DNA from: Firmicutes bacterium HGW-Firmicutes-12
GTDB taxonomy: Bacteria; Bacillota; Peptococcia; DRI-13; PHAD01
Direction of reading: 5' to 3'
DNA: 56,131 nt
NCBI GenBank assembly: GCA_002841595.1
Contig: PHAD01000008.1
Coordinates: 1 to 56,131 of the forward strand
The notes below the pieces were generated by a model. It saw only the letters and a list, made by a program, of their open reading frames with translations. It searched no databases and was not told where the DNA came from. Both the position numbers and the translations under genes were made by a program. How positions within the stretch are numbered: the stretch's first letter is position 1; each line of letters starts with the position of its first letter. This document shows, piece by piece, positions 1-11,554 of the stretch.

Positions 1-74
1 AGGGTTCGCGCTTCGCAATCCGTGAAGGTGGACGTACAGTAGGTGCTGGAGTTGTAACCGGTATCATTGAGTAG
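1..74 (+). CDS. tuf: Elongation factor Tu, 3' end only (5' part outside window)
   Basis: The frame from nt 3 reads GSRFAIREGGRTVGAGVVTGIIE-stop, the conserved EF-Tu C-terminus. It lies directly upstream of rpsJ, as in str/S10 synteny. Confidence 0.85.
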   Translation, partial: GSRFAIREGGRTVGAGVVTGIIE

Positions 75-152
75 ATATTATGAAGAGACTAAGTGAGAGG
101 CTACCGTGGGTGATGATTAGGCATTGCTAGAGTTGCTACCAGGTAGTTAAAT

Positions 153-185
153 AAGGTGGGAAAGGCATTACGCCTTTCCCACCTT
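153..185 (+). terminator. Strong hairpin after tuf
   Basis: 14-bp perfect stem AAGGTGGGAAAGGC / GCCTTTCCCACCTT with a 5-nt loop. There is no clean T-tract afterwards. Confidence 0.55.
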
Positions 186-229
186 CCAAACACAAATGAA
201 ATAATTTTATAAAAAAACCAAAATAGGTC

Positions 230-258
230 TTGAGGTTTCTTTGGAAATTCTATATAAT
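230..258 (+). promoter_or_regulatory. Candidate sigma-A promoter of the S10 operon
   Basis: TTGAGG (230-235), 17-nt spacer, TATAAT (253-258). It sits about 150 nt upstream of rpsJ, leaving a long leader. Confidence 0.5.
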
Positions 259-408
259 CATCTAGTATGGTTGACATCGATGAAGCGGGAGGTTGCTGGG
301 ATAGTTATGACACACCCGAGGGCGTTGTTCTAAAAGGCCAGCTGTTGCAGGTAATTTCCGCTGAGAATGTCCGAAAAATAATAAATCGGGCGAAAAGGAG
401 GTTGTAAA

Positions 409-720
409 ATGGCCGCACAGCAGAAAATTAGAATTAGACTAAAAGCATTTGACCACAAGATTCTTGATCAATCAGCAGAGAAAATTGTTGAAACCGCAAA
501 ACGCACTGGCGCTTCTGTAGCAGGACCTATTCCCCTGCCAACAGACCGTAATCTTCATACTATATTAAGGTCTCCTCATGTTAATAAGGATTCGCGTGAA
601 CAGTTTGAAATGAGAACACATAAAAGACTGATTGATATACTTGAGCCAAATCCGAAAACTGTTGATGCCCTCATGGGATTGGATTTACCAGCCGGGGTTG
701 ATATTGAAATTAAGTTATAA
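409..720 (+). CDS. rpsJ: 30S ribosomal protein S10
   Basis: [11 protein letters not shown]...[23 protein letters not shown] motif, GGAGG RBS, first gene of the S10 operon. Confidence 0.97.
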   Translation: MAAQQKIRIRLKAFDHKILDQSAEKIVETAKRTGASVAGPIPLPTDRNLHTILRSPHVNKDSREQFEMRTHKRLIDILEPNPKTVDALMGLDLPAGVDIEIKL

Positions 721-763
721 AATGACATAGTAATACCAAGCGTGCTTGTAGGAGGTGCCATTT

Positions 764-1390
764 GTGTTGAAAGCCATCTTAGGAACGAAAGTAGGCATGA
801 CACAGATTTTTGATGAAGCTGGAAAAGCCGTTCCTGTAACGGTTGTTCAAGCTGGACCATGTGTTGTTGTGCAAAAGAAAACAAAAGAAAATGATGGATA
901 TAATGCCATTCAAGTAGGATATGGCGACGTAAAAGAGCAAAATGTTAACAAACCCCTAAAAGGTCATTTTGCGAAGAATCAAGTAAAACCTGTACGTGTT
1001 ATTAAAGAATTTCGAGTTGAAGACTCTGAAGCTTTCCAGATTGGACAGGAAATTAAAGCGGATGTTTTTGCATTGGGTGAATGGGTAGATGTTACTGGAA
1101 TTTCCAAGGGTAAGGGTTTTGCGGGTACAATCAGACGCCATAACATGCATCGTGGTCCGATGACACACGGTTCAAAGAATCACCGTCGCCCCAGCTCAGC
1201 TGGAGCAAAAGGTCCGGCTAGAATATTTCGTGGTCGTAAAATGCCGGGAAGACTAGGCGGAGAAAGAATTACTGTGCAAAAACTGCTAGTGGTTAAAGTT
1301 GACCCTGAACGCAATATGCTTTTAGTAAGGGGCGCTATCCCGGGGCCAAGACGAACCCTGGTAACCATCAAGAGCTCAGTTAAGGCATAG
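764..1390 (+). CDS. rplC: 50S ribosomal protein L3
   Basis: [16 protein letters not shown]-terminus typical of L3. The GTG at 764 lies 8 nt after GGAGG (751-755). The ORF-track start at 755 overlaps the RBS. Confidence 0.95.
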   Translation: MLKAILGTKVGMTQIFDEAGKAVPVTVVQAGPCVVVQKKTKENDGYNAIQVGYGDVKEQNVNKPLKGHFAKNQVKPVRVIKEFRVEDSEAFQIGQEIKADVFALGEWVDVTGISKGKGFAGTIRRHNMHRGPMTHGSKNHRRPSSAGAKGPARIFRGRKMPGRLGGERITVQKLLVVKVDPERNMLLVRGAIPGPRRTLVTIKSSVKA

Positions 1391-1417
1391 AACTTGCTGG
1401 GAAAGGAGGAAATTGGA

Positions 1418-2041
1418 ATGCCTAAATTAGCTTTATATAATATGGACGGCGAAACGGTCGGAGAAATAGAATTAAACGATGAGATATTTGGTATTCAGCC
1501 AAATGAGGCAGTTGTTCATGAGGCTGTAGTTATGCAACTTGCTTGTATGCGCCGTGGTACAAGTTCCACAAAAACGCGGGCAGAAGTACGTGGTGGAGGG
1601 CGTAAACCATGGAAGCAAAAAGGAACTGGACGCGCACGTGCTGGTACAAGTCGCTCCCCAATATGGCGTAGCGGTGGAATTGTATTCGGTCCCAAACCGC
1701 GTGATTATTCTTATTCTATACCTAAGAAAAAACGCCGGTTGGCGCTTAAATCAGTTCTGTCTGCCAAAGCAAGCGGTGGTGATTTAATAGTGTTAGATCA
1801 GTTGATGTTTGAGCAACCCAAAACCAAGGATATGGTTAAAATATTGAGCAATCTTAATGTCGAAAGTAAAGCAACAGTTGTTACTGCTAGTAAAGAAGAT
1901 AATGTTCAGGAATCTGCCAGAAATATTCCGGGAATTAAGCCTCTAGCTGCAGACGGCATAAACGTTTATGATTTACTGAAATATGAAAAGCTTATTTTGA
2001 CTAAGGATGCAGTGGCCAGGATTGAGGAGGTGTGGGGATAA
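1418..2041 (+). CDS. rplD: 50S ribosomal protein L4
   Basis: ATG at 1418 after [26 protein letters not shown] motif. Confidence 0.96.
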   Translation: MPKLALYNMDGETVGEIELNDEIFGIQPNEAVVHEAVVMQLACMRRGTSSTKTRAEVRGGGRKPWKQKGTGRARAGTSRSPIWRSGGIVFGPKPRDYSYSIPKKKRRLALKSVLSAKASGGDLIVLDQLMFEQPKTKDMVKILSNLNVESKATVVTASKEDNVQESARNIPGIKPLAADGINVYDLLKYEKLILTKDAVARIEEVWG

Positions 2042-2326
2042 ATGCGCAATCCACATGATATTCTGATAAAACCGGTTATTACTGAAAGAAGTACTGGTCT
2101 CATGGAAGAAAACAAATATACTTTTGAGGTTGATCCCAAGGCGAATAAGATTGAAATTAAACATGCAGTAGAGAAGGTTTTTAAGGTAAATGTTATTACT
2201 GTAACAACTATGAGTGTGCATGGCAAATTAAAACGCCAAGGAAAGACTAAAGGATATACTCAGAACTGGAAGAAGGCTATTGTAACAATAAAAGCCGGGC
2301 AGCGTTTGCCAATATTTGAAGAATAG
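2042..2326 (+). CDS. rplW: 50S ribosomal protein L23
   Basis: Size, operon position, and the ILIKPVITERS... KAIVT motif. Confidence 0.95.
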   Translation: MRNPHDILIKPVITERSTGLMEENKYTFEVDPKANKIEIKHAVEKVFKVNVITVTTMSVHGKLKRQGKTKGYTQNWKKAIVTIKAGQRLPIFEE

Positions 2327-2356
2327 TAATTATGCTGCATAAGGGAGGGATTACGA

Positions 2357-3190
2357 ATGCCGGTAAAAGGTTTTAAACCGACTTCGCCAGGTAGAAGAGA
2401 GATGACAGTTTCTACCTTTGAAGAAATAACTACTGACAAACCGGAAAGGTCACTTGTCGAACGGCTTAAAAAACATTCTGGCCGAAACAATAAAGGTAGA
2501 CTGACGGTGCGACACAGGGGCGGAGGTCACAAGCGCTTATATAGGTTAATTGATTTTAAACGGAACAAAGATAATATACCAGCTAAAGTGGCCACGATTG
2601 AATATGACCCAAATCGTTCAGCTAATATTGCACTTCTCCATTACGTTGATGGGGAAAAAAGATATATTCTTGCACCTAATGGTTTGAAGGTTGGGGATAC
2701 TATCATTTCTGGTCCAGAATCAGATATTAAAGTTGGAAATGCTCTGCCGCTATTGAATATCCCGGTTGGAACAGTAATACACAATATCGAAATGAAGCCG
2801 GGTAAAGGTGCGCAAATGGTAAGAGCGGCGGGTACATCTGCACAATTAATGGCCAAAGAGAATAAATATGCTTCCATTCGAGTGCCGTCGGGTGAAGTTC
2901 GTATGGTTCATATAAATTGTAAGGCTACTATTGGCCAGGTAGGTAACTTGGATCATGAAAACATAACCATTGGTAAGGCTGGGCGTAAACGCTGGATGGG
3001 CATTAGGCCCACGGTTCGAGGTGTAGTAATGAACCCGGTAGACCATCCGCATGGTGGTGGTGAAGGACGTTCGCCAATTGGACGAAAGAACCCTGTTACT
3101 CCTTGGGGTAAGCCGGCCATTGGAGGTAGAACAAGAAAGAAAAAGAACCCGACAGATAAATTCATTGTAACGCCTCGTAAAAAGAGATAG
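2357..3190 (+). CDS. rplB: 50S ribosomal protein L2
   Basis: RHRGGGHKR and [13 protein letters not shown] motifs. Confidence 0.98.
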   Translation: MPVKGFKPTSPGRREMTVSTFEEITTDKPERSLVERLKKHSGRNNKGRLTVRHRGGGHKRLYRLIDFKRNKDNIPAKVATIEYDPNRSANIALLHYVDGEKRYILAPNGLKVGDTIISGPESDIKVGNALPLLNIPVGTVIHNIEMKPGKGAQMVRAAGTSAQLMAKENKYASIRVPSGEVRMVHINCKATIGQVGNLDHENITIGKAGRKRWMGIRPTVRGVVMNPVDHPHGGGEGRSPIGRKNPVTPWGKPAIGGRTRKKKNPTDKFIVTPRKKR

Positions 3191-3221
3191 GTAGAATAAA
3201 TTTATGAAAGGAGGCTGAAGA

Positions 3222-3506
3222 GTGAGTAGATCTTTGAAAAAGGGACCATATGTAGAAAAAAGACTTATCGAAAAGATTGACAAAATGAATAGCCTTAACG
3301 AAAAGAAAGTGATTAAGACATGGTCGCGACGGTCAACAATATTTCCGCAGATGATAGGTCATACTTTTGCTGTTTATGATGGCAGGAAACACGTACCTGT
3401 GTATATTACTGAAGATATGGTTGGACACAAATTAGGCGAATTTTCACAGACCAGGACTTTCAGGGGACATGGATCCCATACTGAACGGTCCACATCTTTG
3501 AAATAA
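3222..3506 (+). CDS. rpsS: 30S ribosomal protein S19
   Basis: [10 protein letters not shown]... [29 protein letters not shown] motif. GTG start after AGGAGG. Confidence 0.97.
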   Translation: MSRSLKKGPYVEKRLIEKIDKMNSLNEKKVIKTWSRRSTIFPQMIGHTFAVYDGRKHVPVYITEDMVGHKLGEFSQTRTFRGHGSHTERSTSLK

Positions 3507-3531
3507 TTTCCGGGAGAGGAGGTTCAATCCT

Positions 3532-3885
3532 ATGGAAACTAAACAGGCTAAAGCTATTGCTAAATTTATCCGTATATCTCCCCGGAAAGCGCGTCAGGTA
3601 ATTGACTTGATCCGGGGAAAGAATGTGGCAGAGGCCTTTGCAATATTAAGGTTTACACCACACAAAGCCACTGAATCTATCAATAAAACACTTAAGTCAG
3701 CGGTGGCTAATGCACAAAACAACTACGAGATGAATACTGATGAACTCTTTGTAAAAGAGGCATATATAGATGCGGGACCAACATTAAAGAGGATTATGCC
3801 TAGAGCAATGGGTCGTGCTGACGTAATAAGAAAACGCACCAGTCACATCACGGTAGTTGTCAGCGAGAAGGAGGGTGTTAATTAA
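3532..3885 (+). CDS. rplV: 50S ribosomal protein L22
   Basis: [16 protein letters not shown] motif and operon order. Confidence 0.96.
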   Translation: METKQAKAIAKFIRISPRKARQVIDLIRGKNVAEAFAILRFTPHKATESINKTLKSAVANAQNNYEMNTDELFVKEAYIDAGPTLKRIMPRAMGRADVIRKRTSHITVVVSEKEGVN

Positions 3886-4554
3886 GTGGGCCAAAAAGTA
3901 CATCCTAAAGGACTACGAATTGGAATTATCCGTAACTGGGATAGTAACTGGTATGCTAATAAGAATTACACAGATCTTTTGCATGAAGATATTAAAATAC
4001 GCAAGTATATAAAGAAAAGATTATTTCAGGCAGGGATTTCAAGTATTCAAATTGAACGTGCCGCTAATCGATTAAAAATATCTATTCATACTGCAAAGCC
4101 TGGTATTGTTATTGGACGTGGGGGTACAGAAGTTGAGAGTCTGCGCAAGCAACTCGAACAAATGACCGATAAAAAAGTTAGTGTCAACATCATAGAAATC
4201 AAAAAGCCAGAACTAGATGCTCAGCTAGTAGCTGAGGCTATTGCGGCGCAGCTTGTAAAAAGGATTGCCTTTCGTAGAGCTATGAAACAATCTGTCTCTC
4301 GTACGATGCGGATTGGGGCTTTAGGCATAAAGATTTCCTGTTCAGGAAGGCTAGCAGGAGCTGAAATTGCTCGTACTGAATGGTACAGCGAAGGAAAGGT
4401 ACCTTTGCATACACTACGTGCAGATATTGATTATGGCTTTGCCGAGGCTGACACCACATATGGCAAGATAGGTGTTAAAGTGTGGATTTATAAAGGGGAA
4501 GTGCTTCCTGAAATTAGAACCAGGAAGGAGGAGAACCCGAATGCTAGTACCTAA
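3886..4554 (+). CDS. rpsC: 30S ribosomal protein S3
   Basis: [14 protein letters not shown]-terminus and KH-domain GIVIGRGG motif. GTG start abuts the rplV stop. Confidence 0.97.
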   Translation: MGQKVHPKGLRIGIIRNWDSNWYANKNYTDLLHEDIKIRKYIKKRLFQAGISSIQIERAANRLKISIHTAKPGIVIGRGGTEVESLRKQLEQMTDKKVSVNIIEIKKPELDAQLVAEAIAAQLVKRIAFRRAMKQSVSRTMRIGALGIKISCSGRLAGAEIARTEWYSEGKVPLHTLRADIDYGFAEADTTYGKIGVKVWIYKGEVLPEIRTRKEENPNAST

Positions 4555-4975
4555 GAGAGTTAAATTTCGTAAACCGCATCGCGGTAATATGAAAGGGAAA
4601 GCAACAAAGGGCAATAAGGTTTCTTATGGTGAATTTGGCTTGCAGGCACTAGAAGCAAGTTGGATTACTAATCGCCAAATTGAAGCTGCGCGTATTGCTA
4701 TGACCCGTTATATCAAAAGGGGTGGTCAGGTCTGGATAAAAATATTTCCAGATAAGCCGGTAACGGCTAAACCTGCTGAAACCCGTATGGGAAGTGGTAA
4801 AGGATCTCCAGAATACTGGGTGGCTGTAGTTAAGCCGGGCCGTATTATGTTTGAAATAGCGGGTGTTGATGAAGAAACAGCCCGAGAAGCCCTGAGACTT
4901 GCATCACATAAGCTTCCCGTAAGAACTAAGTTTGTAAAACGTGAGGAAATGGGTGGTGAAGCAAGTGAAAGCTAG
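4541..4975 (+). CDS. rplP: 50S ribosomal protein L16
   Basis: [16 protein letters not shown]-terminus. Overlaps the rpsC 3' end by 14 nt. The ORF-track start at 4472 is an upstream in-frame extension. Confidence 0.96.
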   Translation: MLVPKRVKFRKPHRGNMKGKATKGNKVSYGEFGLQALEASWITNRQIEAARIAMTRYIKRGGQVWIKIFPDKPVTAKPAETRMGSGKGSPEYWVAVVKPGRIMFEIAGVDEETAREALRLASHKLPVRTKFVKREEMGGEASES

Positions 4976-5168
4976 TAAGCTTCGTGATTTGACAAAAGAT
5001 GAATTAACCAGAAAGTTTACGGACCTTAAAGGAGAGCTATTTAACCTTCGCTTCCAACTTGCCACCGGTCAACTTGAGAATCCAATGCGTATAAGAGATG
5101 TTAAGAAAAATATTGCGCAAACACAAACTATAATTAGAGAACGGGAATTATTGGAGCAGAAGAATTAA
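4965..5168 (+). CDS. rpmC: 50S ribosomal protein L29
   Basis: A GTG start gives (M)[13 protein letters not shown]...[15 protein letters not shown]. Overlaps the rplP stop. Confidence 0.93.
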   Translation: MKASKLRDLTKDELTRKFTDLKGELFNLRFQLATGQLENPMRIRDVKKNIAQTQTIIRERELLEQKN

Positions 5169-5202
5169 TTGACTCAGGATAAGGCAAAGGAGGTTTGAGC
5201 TC

Positions 5203-5463
5203 TTGGATAGAAAAATGAGAAAGACTATGACGGGAACTGTAGTTAGTAATAAAATGGATAAAACTGTGGTTGTAGCTATAGAAAATTATAGACGTCATCC
5301 AATGTACAAAAAAACAATAAAGCGCACTAAAAAGTATAAAGCACATGATGAAGAAAACACATGTAACACTGGGGATAAAGTGAAAATCATGGAAACTCGT
5401 CCCTTGAGTAAAGAAAAACGCTGGCGGATTGTGAAGATAATAGAAAAAGCGCCGTTGGTATAA
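5203..5463 (+). CDS. rpsQ: 30S ribosomal protein S17
   Basis: [19 protein letters not shown] motif. TTG start 9 nt after AAAGGAGG. Confidence 0.94.
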   Translation: MDRKMRKTMTGTVVSNKMDKTVVVAIENYRRHPMYKKTIKRTKKYKAHDEENTCNTGDKVKIMETRPLSKEKRWRIVKIIEKAPLV

Positions 5464-5479
5464 TAAGGAGGTTCAGGGC

Positions 5480-5848
5480 ATGATTCAACAGGAAAGCAGA
5501 CTGAGAGTTGCTGATAATACAGGCGCAAAGGAACTGTTATGTATTCGCCCGCTAGGTGGGTCCTTCCGCCGTTACGCCTCGTTGGGTGACGTAATAGTAG
5601 CTACTGTTAAAGAAGCAACACCAGGAGGCGTTGTTAAAAAGGGCGAAGTTGTTAAAGCGGTTATTGTTCGGACGAAGAGTGCTGTCAGAAGAACAGATGG
5701 CTCATATATTAGATTTGACGAAAATGCTGCTGTGATTATCAAAGAAGACAAAAGCCCGAAGGGTACTCGTATATTTGGACCTGTTGCCCGTGAACTGCGG
5801 GAAAGGGAATTTGTAAAAATAATGTCTTTAGCACCTGAAGTGCTATAA
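5480..5848 (+). CDS. rplN: 50S ribosomal protein L14
   Basis: [19 protein letters not shown]-terminus. Confidence 0.98.
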   Translation: MIQQESRLRVADNTGAKELLCIRPLGGSFRRYASLGDVIVATVKEATPGGVVKKGEVVKAVIVRTKSAVRRTDGSYIRFDENAAVIIKEDKSPKGTRIFGPVARELREREFVKIMSLAPEVL

Positions 5849-5890
5849 AGCCAGCGTAAAAGTGAATTTTGCCACTGGAGGTGAGCATAA

Positions 5891-6217
5891 ATGAAGCCTA
5901 AAATCCATGTAAAAAAAGGCGATACGGTTCAAGTAATAAGCGGAAAAGATGCGGGAAAAAAAGGCAAGGTCTTGAGTATAGAAGTTGATAAAAGTCGCGC
6001 TATAGTCGAAGGTATTAATATAATGAAAAGACACACCAGACCAACACGTACTAATCCGCAGGGTGGAATTATGGAAAGAGAAGCACCCATTCATAGTTCT
6101 AATCTAATGATTTATTGCTCAAAGTGTAAAGAGCCTGTGCGTATACAAAAGAAAATTCTGGCTGATGGTCAGAAAATTAGGGTATGCAATCAGTGTGGAG
6201 ACGACTTAGATAAGTAA
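5891..6217 (+). CDS. rplX: 50S ribosomal protein L24 (Cys4 zinc-ribbon form)
   Basis: KIHVKKGDTVQVISGKDAGKKGKV KOW motif. The C-terminus carries CSKC...CNQC, as in Thermus-type L24. Confidence 0.96.
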   Translation: MKPKIHVKKGDTVQVISGKDAGKKGKVLSIEVDKSRAIVEGINIMKRHTRPTRTNPQGGIMEREAPIHSSNLMIYCSKCKEPVRIQKKILADGQKIRVCNQCGDDLDK

Positions 6218-6244
6218 GCCAAACCGGAAGGGAGGTTTAAGGCG

Positions 6245-6787
6245 TTGGAACGACTAAAGGAAAAATATCTTCAAGAGATTACCGCTGCTATGATGCAAAA
6301 ATTTAACTACAAGAATGTAATGGAAGTACCAAAACTGGAAAAAGTTATAGTGAATATTGGTATGGGAGAGGCAGTACAAAATCCGAAAGTTCTTGATGGT
6401 GCTGTTTCAGATTTGAAAATTGTTACTGGGCAAAAGCCCGTAATAACTCGTGCTAAGAAATCTATAGCAGCATTCAAACTGCGTGCTGGAATGCCTATCG
6501 GCACTAAAGTAACACTCCGCAGCAGTAGAATGTATGAGTTTGTAGATAAGATGTTTAATGTTGTCCTACCTCGTGTACGTGACTTCAGGGGAATATCCCC
6601 CAAGTCTTTTGATGGAAGGGGTAATTATACTCTGGGTTTAAAAGAACAGATTATCTTTCCTGAAATAGAATATGACAAAGTAGACACAATACGTGGTATG
6701 GATATAGTGTTTGTAACTACGGCAAAAACTGATGAGGAAGCGAAGGAACTGCTGGGACTTATGGGTATGCCGTTTGCCGACAGGTAA
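6245..6787 (+). CDS. rplE: 50S ribosomal protein L5
   Basis: TTG start after [26 protein letters not shown] motif. Confidence 0.96.
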   Translation: MERLKEKYLQEITAAMMQKFNYKNVMEVPKLEKVIVNIGMGEAVQNPKVLDGAVSDLKIVTGQKPVITRAKKSIAAFKLRAGMPIGTKVTLRSSRMYEFVDKMFNVVLPRVRDFRGISPKSFDGRGNYTLGLKEQIIFPEIEYDKVDTIRGMDIVFVTTAKTDEEAKELLGLMGMPFADR

Positions 6788-6818
6788 CCACTCTATATAA
6801 TATAAAGGAGGGAAATAC

Positions 6819-7004
6819 GTGGCAAAGAAGTCCATGATTAACAAGCAGCAAAGAGAACCTAAGTTCAAAGTGCGCTCTTACAATAGATGTAAAATATGCG
6901 GTCGTCCCCATGCTTACATGCGAAAATTTGGTATGTGCCGTATTTGTTTCCGCGAGCTGGCTTATGAAGGACAGATCCCGGGCGTAACAAAAGCTAGCTG
7001 GTAA
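6819..7004 (+). CDS. rpsN: 30S ribosomal protein S14, short zinc-binding (type Z) form
   Basis: 61 aa with CKICGRPH...CRICFRE. GTG start after AAAGGAGGG. Confidence 0.96.
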   Translation: MAKKSMINKQQREPKFKVRSYNRCKICGRPHAYMRKFGMCRICFRELAYEGQIPGVTKASW

Positions 7005-7035
7005 GTTTGGAAAGAGGAAGGGGGTCGTTAATAAT

Positions 7036-7434
7036 ATGGTTATGACAGATCCGGTTGCTGACTTTTTGACAAGAGTACGGAATGCAAATTCCGTTAATCA
7101 CGAAAAAGTTGAGATCCCGGCATCAAAAGTCAAGAAAACAATGGCGGGAATTTTGAAAGAAGAAGGATTTATAAAAGATTTTGAATTTGTTGAGGACGGA
7201 AAACAAGGAGTACTAAGACTGTATCTAAAGTACGGACCCAACAAACAAAAAGTTATTACAGGTATTAAGCGAATCAGTAAACCTGGACTTAGGGTTTATG
7301 TAAAAAAAGATGAAGTACCACGTGTTCTTGGTGGGCTGGGAATAGCTGTTATTTCCACTTCGTATGGAATTATGACGGATAAAGAAGCAAGAAAGCGTCA
7401 GCTTGGTGGAGAAGTAATTTGCTATGTCTGGTAG
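7036..7434 (+). CDS. rpsH: 30S ribosomal protein S8
   Basis: [16 protein letters not shown]-terminus. Confidence 0.97.
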   Translation: MVMTDPVADFLTRVRNANSVNHEKVEIPASKVKKTMAGILKEEGFIKDFEFVEDGKQGVLRLYLKYGPNKQKVITGIKRISKPGLRVYVKKDEVPRVLGGLGIAVISTSYGIMTDKEARKRQLGGEVICYVW

Positions 7435-7469
7435 AACAATAACATTAGGCAGCCCGAGGAGGTGTGATA

Positions 7470-8015
7470 ATGTCAAGGATAGGAAGATTACCTATTGTAA
7501 TACCTGCAGGTGTTGATGTTAAACTTGAAGGGAATGACGTTACAGTTAAAGGTCCCAAAGGTGTACTAAACAAGACTTTGCATAAGGATATGATTGTAGC
7601 TATTGAGGATGGGATAATAACCGTGGCTCGTCCGAGTGAACAAAAACAGCATAAAGCATTGCATGGTTTAACAAGAGCACTACTGGCTAATATGGTGCAA
7701 GGAGTCAATACTGGATTCGAAAAAACCTTAGAGTTGGTTGGAGTCGGGTATCGTGCTGTAAAGCAAGGCAATAAACTAGTGCTTACTGTGGGTTATTCAC
7801 ATCCGGTCGAGTTTGAACCGGAGAAAGAATTAGAAATAGAAGTTCCAGCACCTAACAGGATCATTGTTAAGGGAGCCGACAAGGAAAAAGTTGGCTTGCT
7901 GGCTGCAAATATCCGTGCTGTACGAAAACCAGAACCCTATAAGGGAAAAGGTATAAAGTACTCCGACGAGGTTGTTCGTCGTAAAGTCGGTAAAGCTGGT
8001 GGAAAGAAAAAATAA
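7470..8015 (+). CDS. rplF: 50S ribosomal protein L6
   Basis: [16 protein letters not shown]-terminus. ATG at 7470 after GAGGAGG. Confidence 0.96.
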   Translation: MSRIGRLPIVIPAGVDVKLEGNDVTVKGPKGVLNKTLHKDMIVAIEDGIITVARPSEQKQHKALHGLTRALLANMVQGVNTGFEKTLELVGVGYRAVKQGNKLVLTVGYSHPVEFEPEKELEIEVPAPNRIIVKGADKEKVGLLAANIRAVRKPEPYKGKGIKYSDEVVRRKVGKAGGKKK

Positions 8016-8058
8016 AATAAGTTATTAGCTTAACCCGATACAGAAGGGAGTGAAGCAC

Positions 8059-8427
8059 ATGATTACTAAAATCGACCGTAAGAAAGTACGCCGTAAAAAA
8101 CACTTGAGAATTCGTAAAGATATAAAGGGTACTGCTGCCAGGCCTCGATTAGCAGTATATAGAAGCCTTAAACATATGTATGCCCAGTTAATTGATGATA
8201 TCAACGGTTGTACAATAGTTGCGGCTTCCACCCTGGAAGCTCCTTTGAAAGATGAAAATGAATATAAGGGCAATATTGATGCAGCTAAAAAGGTAGGAGA
8301 AATGCTGGGTAAGAAAGCCATAGAAAAAGGTGTGCGTTCAGTAGTTTTTGACCGAGGCGGTAGCATCTATCATGGCAGGGTAAAGGCCGTAGCAGAGGGT
8401 GCCCGTGAAGCGGGATTAGAATTTTAA
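8059..8427 (+). CDS. rplR: 50S ribosomal protein L18
   Basis: [19 protein letters not shown]... RPRLAVYRS motif. ATG at 8059 after GAAGGGAG. Confidence 0.95.
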   Translation: MITKIDRKKVRRKKHLRIRKDIKGTAARPRLAVYRSLKHMYAQLIDDINGCTIVAASTLEAPLKDENEYKGNIDAAKKVGEMLGKKAIEKGVRSVVFDRGGSIYHGRVKAVAEGAREAGLEF

Positions 8428-8457
8428 ATAGCCGCTCAAAGGAGGGAAAAGTAAAGG

Positions 8458-8958
8458 ATGACTAAATTGGATGTCAACAGCATGGAACTGACCGAAAAAG
8501 TGGTTTATATAAACCGTGTTGCTAAAGTTGTAAAAGGTGGACGTCGTTTTAGCTTTAGCGCACTAGTTGTGGTTGGAGATGGCGATGGCCATGTTGGTGC
8601 CGGTTTGGGTAAAGCGACTGAAGTTCCTGAAGCCATTCGTAAAGGTGTAGAAGATGCAAAGAAGAATATGATAAGTGTGCCTCGAGTAGGTACATCAATA
8701 CCTCATGTAGCCCTAGGCAGATTTGGAGCTGGCAAGGTATTTATGAAACCGGCGTCAGAAGGTACTGGTGTAATTGCCGGTGGTCCTGTGCGAGCAGTAT
8801 TAGAGCTGTCAGGAATTCGTGATATACTCACAAAGTCATTAGGTTCAAACAATGCAAACAATATGGTAAGAGCAACATTGCAAGGACTTAGCCAGATGAA
8901 AATGGCTGAAGAAGTTGCTAGGTTGCGTGGTAAATCAGTGGAAGAACTGTTGAGCTAG
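8458..8958 (+). CDS. rpsE: 30S ribosomal protein S5
   Basis: [24 protein letters not shown] motif. Confidence 0.97.
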   Translation: MTKLDVNSMELTEKVVYINRVAKVVKGGRRFSFSALVVVGDGDGHVGAGLGKATEVPEAIRKGVEDAKKNMISVPRVGTSIPHVALGRFGAGKVFMKPASEGTGVIAGGPVRAVLELSGIRDILTKSLGSNNANNMVRATLQGLSQMKMAEEVARLRGKSVEELLS

Positions 8959-8967
8959 GAGGGTGAC

Positions 8968-9153
8968 ATGGCTAAGCTAAAGATAACTCTTAAAAAAAGC
9001 GTTATTGGTTCAAATGAAAGAGTACGGGAGACTGCAAAATCATTAGGACTTAGAAAGACTCAGCAATCTGTTGTACAAGAAGATTCACCCAGCATACGTG
9101 GTAAAATACGTAAGATTGAACATCTGTTGACCGTAGAGGAAGCAGCTGAGTGA
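8968..9153 (+). CDS. rpmD: 50S ribosomal protein L30
   Basis: 61 aa, [10 protein letters not shown]... LGLRK motif, operon position. Confidence 0.94.
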   Translation: MAKLKITLKKSVIGSNERVRETAKSLGLRKTQQSVVQEDSPSIRGKIRKIEHLLTVEEAAE

Positions 9154-9171
9154 TAAAAAGGAGGTGTATCC

Positions 9172-9615
9172 ATGAAACTCCATGAATTGAAACCCGTACC
9201 AGGTTCACGCTTGAAAGAAGTGCGTAAAGGGCGTGGAACTGGAACCGGCTTAGGGAAAACTGCCGGGCGTGGCCATAAAGGACAAAAAGCTCGCGCCGGA
9301 GGTGGTAAAGGGCCTTATTTTGAGGGTGGCCAAACACCATTACAAAGACGCACACCAAAACGCGGCTTCACGAATATATTTAAAACCGAATATGTAGAGA
9401 TCAACCTAAAACAATTGAATGATCGTTTTGAAGAAGGTGCTGTTGTAACTCCGGAAGTCTTGATAGAAACAGGACTAGTGAAGAATGTGCGCGATGGTAT
9501 TAAAATTCTTGGGCACGGAGATATTACTAAAGCTTTGACTGTAAAAGCACAAGGTTTTAGCAAGTCCGCAGCAGAAAAAATAACCGCTGCAGGCGGTCAA
9601 GTAGAGGTGATATAG
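9172..9615 (+). CDS. rplO: 50S ribosomal protein L15
   Basis: [12 protein letters not shown]... [13 protein letters not shown] motif. Confidence 0.97.
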   Translation: MKLHELKPVPGSRLKEVRKGRGTGTGLGKTAGRGHKGQKARAGGGKGPYFEGGQTPLQRRTPKRGFTNIFKTEYVEINLKQLNDRFEEGAVVTPEVLIETGLVKNVRDGIKILGHGDITKALTVKAQGFSKSAAEKITAAGGQVEVI

Positions 9616-10872
9616 GTGATTTCAGCATTAGCCGGTGCTTGGAAAATTAGTGATTTACGTCGCAAAATTGTGTTTACTGTAGCGATGCTTCTTGTATTCC
9701 GGATTGGCGTTCATGTTCCTGTGCCAGGTATTAATAGACAGGTTATAGCCGATTTAATATCCCAGGGACAATTGCTGGGTTTCTTCGATATTATTTCTGG
9801 TGGGGCATTTGCGAACTTTTCAATATTTGCAATGAGTATAACGCCTTATATTAATGCTTCTATTATTATGCAGCTCTTAACAGTAGTTATACCTTATTTT
9901 GAGCGTTTGGCGAAGGAAGGCGAGGAAGGCCGCAAAAAAATGACCGAATATGTAAGGTATGGAACAGTTATATTAGGTTTCATTCAAGCTTTCGGAATTT
10001 CTATAGGATTAAGATCAGCTATAATTAATCCAGGACTTGCTTCGTCGCTTCTTATTGCATTATCACTAACTGCAGGAACAGCTTTTTTGATGTGGCTGGG
10101 TGAATTAATTACAGAAAAGGGCATAGGCAACGGGATTTCGCTGATTATCTTCGCGGGTATTGTTTCGCGTGTGCCTTCAGGTGTAGTATCCCTATACCAG
10201 TATTTGGTTGCAGGAACTACTAATATATTTGTAATTATTATATTTGCAGCATTGGCCCTAGCGGCTATTGCAAGTATAGTGGCTATCCAAGAAGGGCAAC
10301 GTCGAATACCTGTTCAGTATGCGAAGCGTGTCGTTGGACGCAAGGTGTATGGCGGACAAAGTACTCATATCCCACTTAAAGTTAATCAGGCGGGAGTAAT
10401 ACCGATTATATTCGCGATTTCGATTATGATGTTCCCAGGCACGATTGCCTCATGGTTTCCGAATAATAGTGTTGCAGTATGGATTGCCGAATTCTTTAAC
10501 TTTCGAACTATATGGTATAATATTATGTATGCGTTATTAATCATATTCTTCACCTATTTCTATACTGCTATTTCCTTTAATCCTATTGATGTGGCAGACA
10601 ACATGAAGAAATATGGTGGATTTATCCCTGGCTTAAGGCCTGGAAGGCCAACTGCAGAATATATTCAAAAGGTAATGAACCGAATAACTCTGGCTGGGGC
10701 TTTTTTCTTAGCAGCTATCGCAGTATTACCTAGTATTTTAATGTCAGCAACAAATTTACCTTTGTATTTTGGTGGCACTAGCCTTCTTATCGTTGTAGGT
10801 GTTGCCTTAGATACTATGAAACAGATCGAGTCAAACTTATTAATGAGGCATTATCAGGGTTTTCTTAAATAA
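9616..10872 (+). CDS. secY: Preprotein translocase subunit SecY
   Basis: 418-aa polytopic protein at the spc-operon position. GINRQV, FAMSITPYINASIIMQLL and QYAKR motifs. Confidence 0.97.
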   Translation: MISALAGAWKISDLRRKIVFTVAMLLVFRIGVHVPVPGINRQVIADLISQGQLLGFFDIISGGAFANFSIFAMSITPYINASIIMQLLTVVIPYFERLAKEGEEGRKKMTEYVRYGTVILGFIQAFGISIGLRSAIINPGLASSLLIALSLTAGTAFLMWLGELITEKGIGNGISLIIFAGIVSRVPSGVVSLYQYLVAGTTNIFVIIIFAALALAAIASIVAIQEGQRRIPVQYAKRVVGRKVYGGQSTHIPLKVNQAGVIPIIFAISIMMFPGTIASWFPNNSVAVWIAEFFNFRTIWYNIMYALLIIFFTYFYTAISFNPIDVADNMKKYGGFIPGLRPGRPTAEYIQKVMNRITLAGAFFLAAIAVLPSILMSATNLPLYFGGTSLLIVVGVALDTMKQIESNLLMRHYQGFLK

Positions 10873-10904
10873 GATTACCTGATTGAAACGAGGTGGAACC
10901 AAAA

Positions 10905-11552
10905 ATGAGGATTATTCTAATGGGACCTCCTGGAGCTGGTAAAGGGACACAAGCCGATGTGATAAAAGCTGAACTTAATGTTCCACATATCTCCACCGGG
11001 GATATGTTCCGTAAGGCTGTAACAGAAGGTACTCCTTTGGGATTAGAAGCCAAAAGTTACATGGAAAAAGGCCAGCTAGTTCCAGATAGTGTTACTATAG
11101 GTATTGTCAAAGAACGATTATCACAAGCTGATTGCCAAAAAGGTTTCCTACTGGATGGTTTTCCACGGACCATCCCCCAAGCGGATGCTTTAGCAAAAAC
11201 ACTACAAGAACTTGGGATAAAGTTGGATGCAGTGATTAACGTAGTTGTTGAAAGAGAGGCCTTAGTAGCCCGTTTGACTGGGCGGCGGGTCTGCAAGTCT
11301 TGTGGGGCAACCTATCATATGCTGTTTAATCCATCTAAGACAGGGGAAAAATGCGAGGTTTGTGGTGGAGAACTATATCAAAGGAATGATGATACCTTAG
11401 CAACAGTTGCTAATAGATTGGATGTATATGATAAACAGACAGCCCCTCTAATTGAGTATTATAGAAAAAAAGGTTGTTTGATAGAAATAGATGGTGACAA
11501 AGCTGTAGCTGAAGTCACGCAGAATATTATGGAAGCCTTGAAAAGAGGGTAA
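10905..11552 (+). CDS. adk: Adenylate kinase (Cys4 zinc lid)
   Basis: [17 protein letters not shown]-loop. The lid carries CKSCG...CEVCGG. Confidence 0.97.
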   Translation: MRIILMGPPGAGKGTQADVIKAELNVPHISTGDMFRKAVTEGTPLGLEAKSYMEKGQLVPDSVTIGIVKERLSQADCQKGFLLDGFPRTIPQADALAKTLQELGIKLDAVINVVVEREALVARLTGRRVCKSCGATYHMLFNPSKTGEKCEVCGGELYQRNDDTLATVANRLDVYDKQTAPLIEYYRKKGCLIEIDGDKAVAEVTQNIMEALKRG

Positions 11553-11554
11553 GC

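Noticed and set aside
576-9563. Numerous 60-145-aa ORFs antisense to, or out of frame with, ribosomal protein genes (for example 576-884, 956-1168, 1539-1787, 2846-3283, 6307-6603, 7445-7771, 8025-8366, 9050-9358).
   Set aside because: Each lies entirely inside a highly conserved, well-supported ribosomal gene. None has an RBS or a recognisable motif, and the compositions look like frame artefacts.
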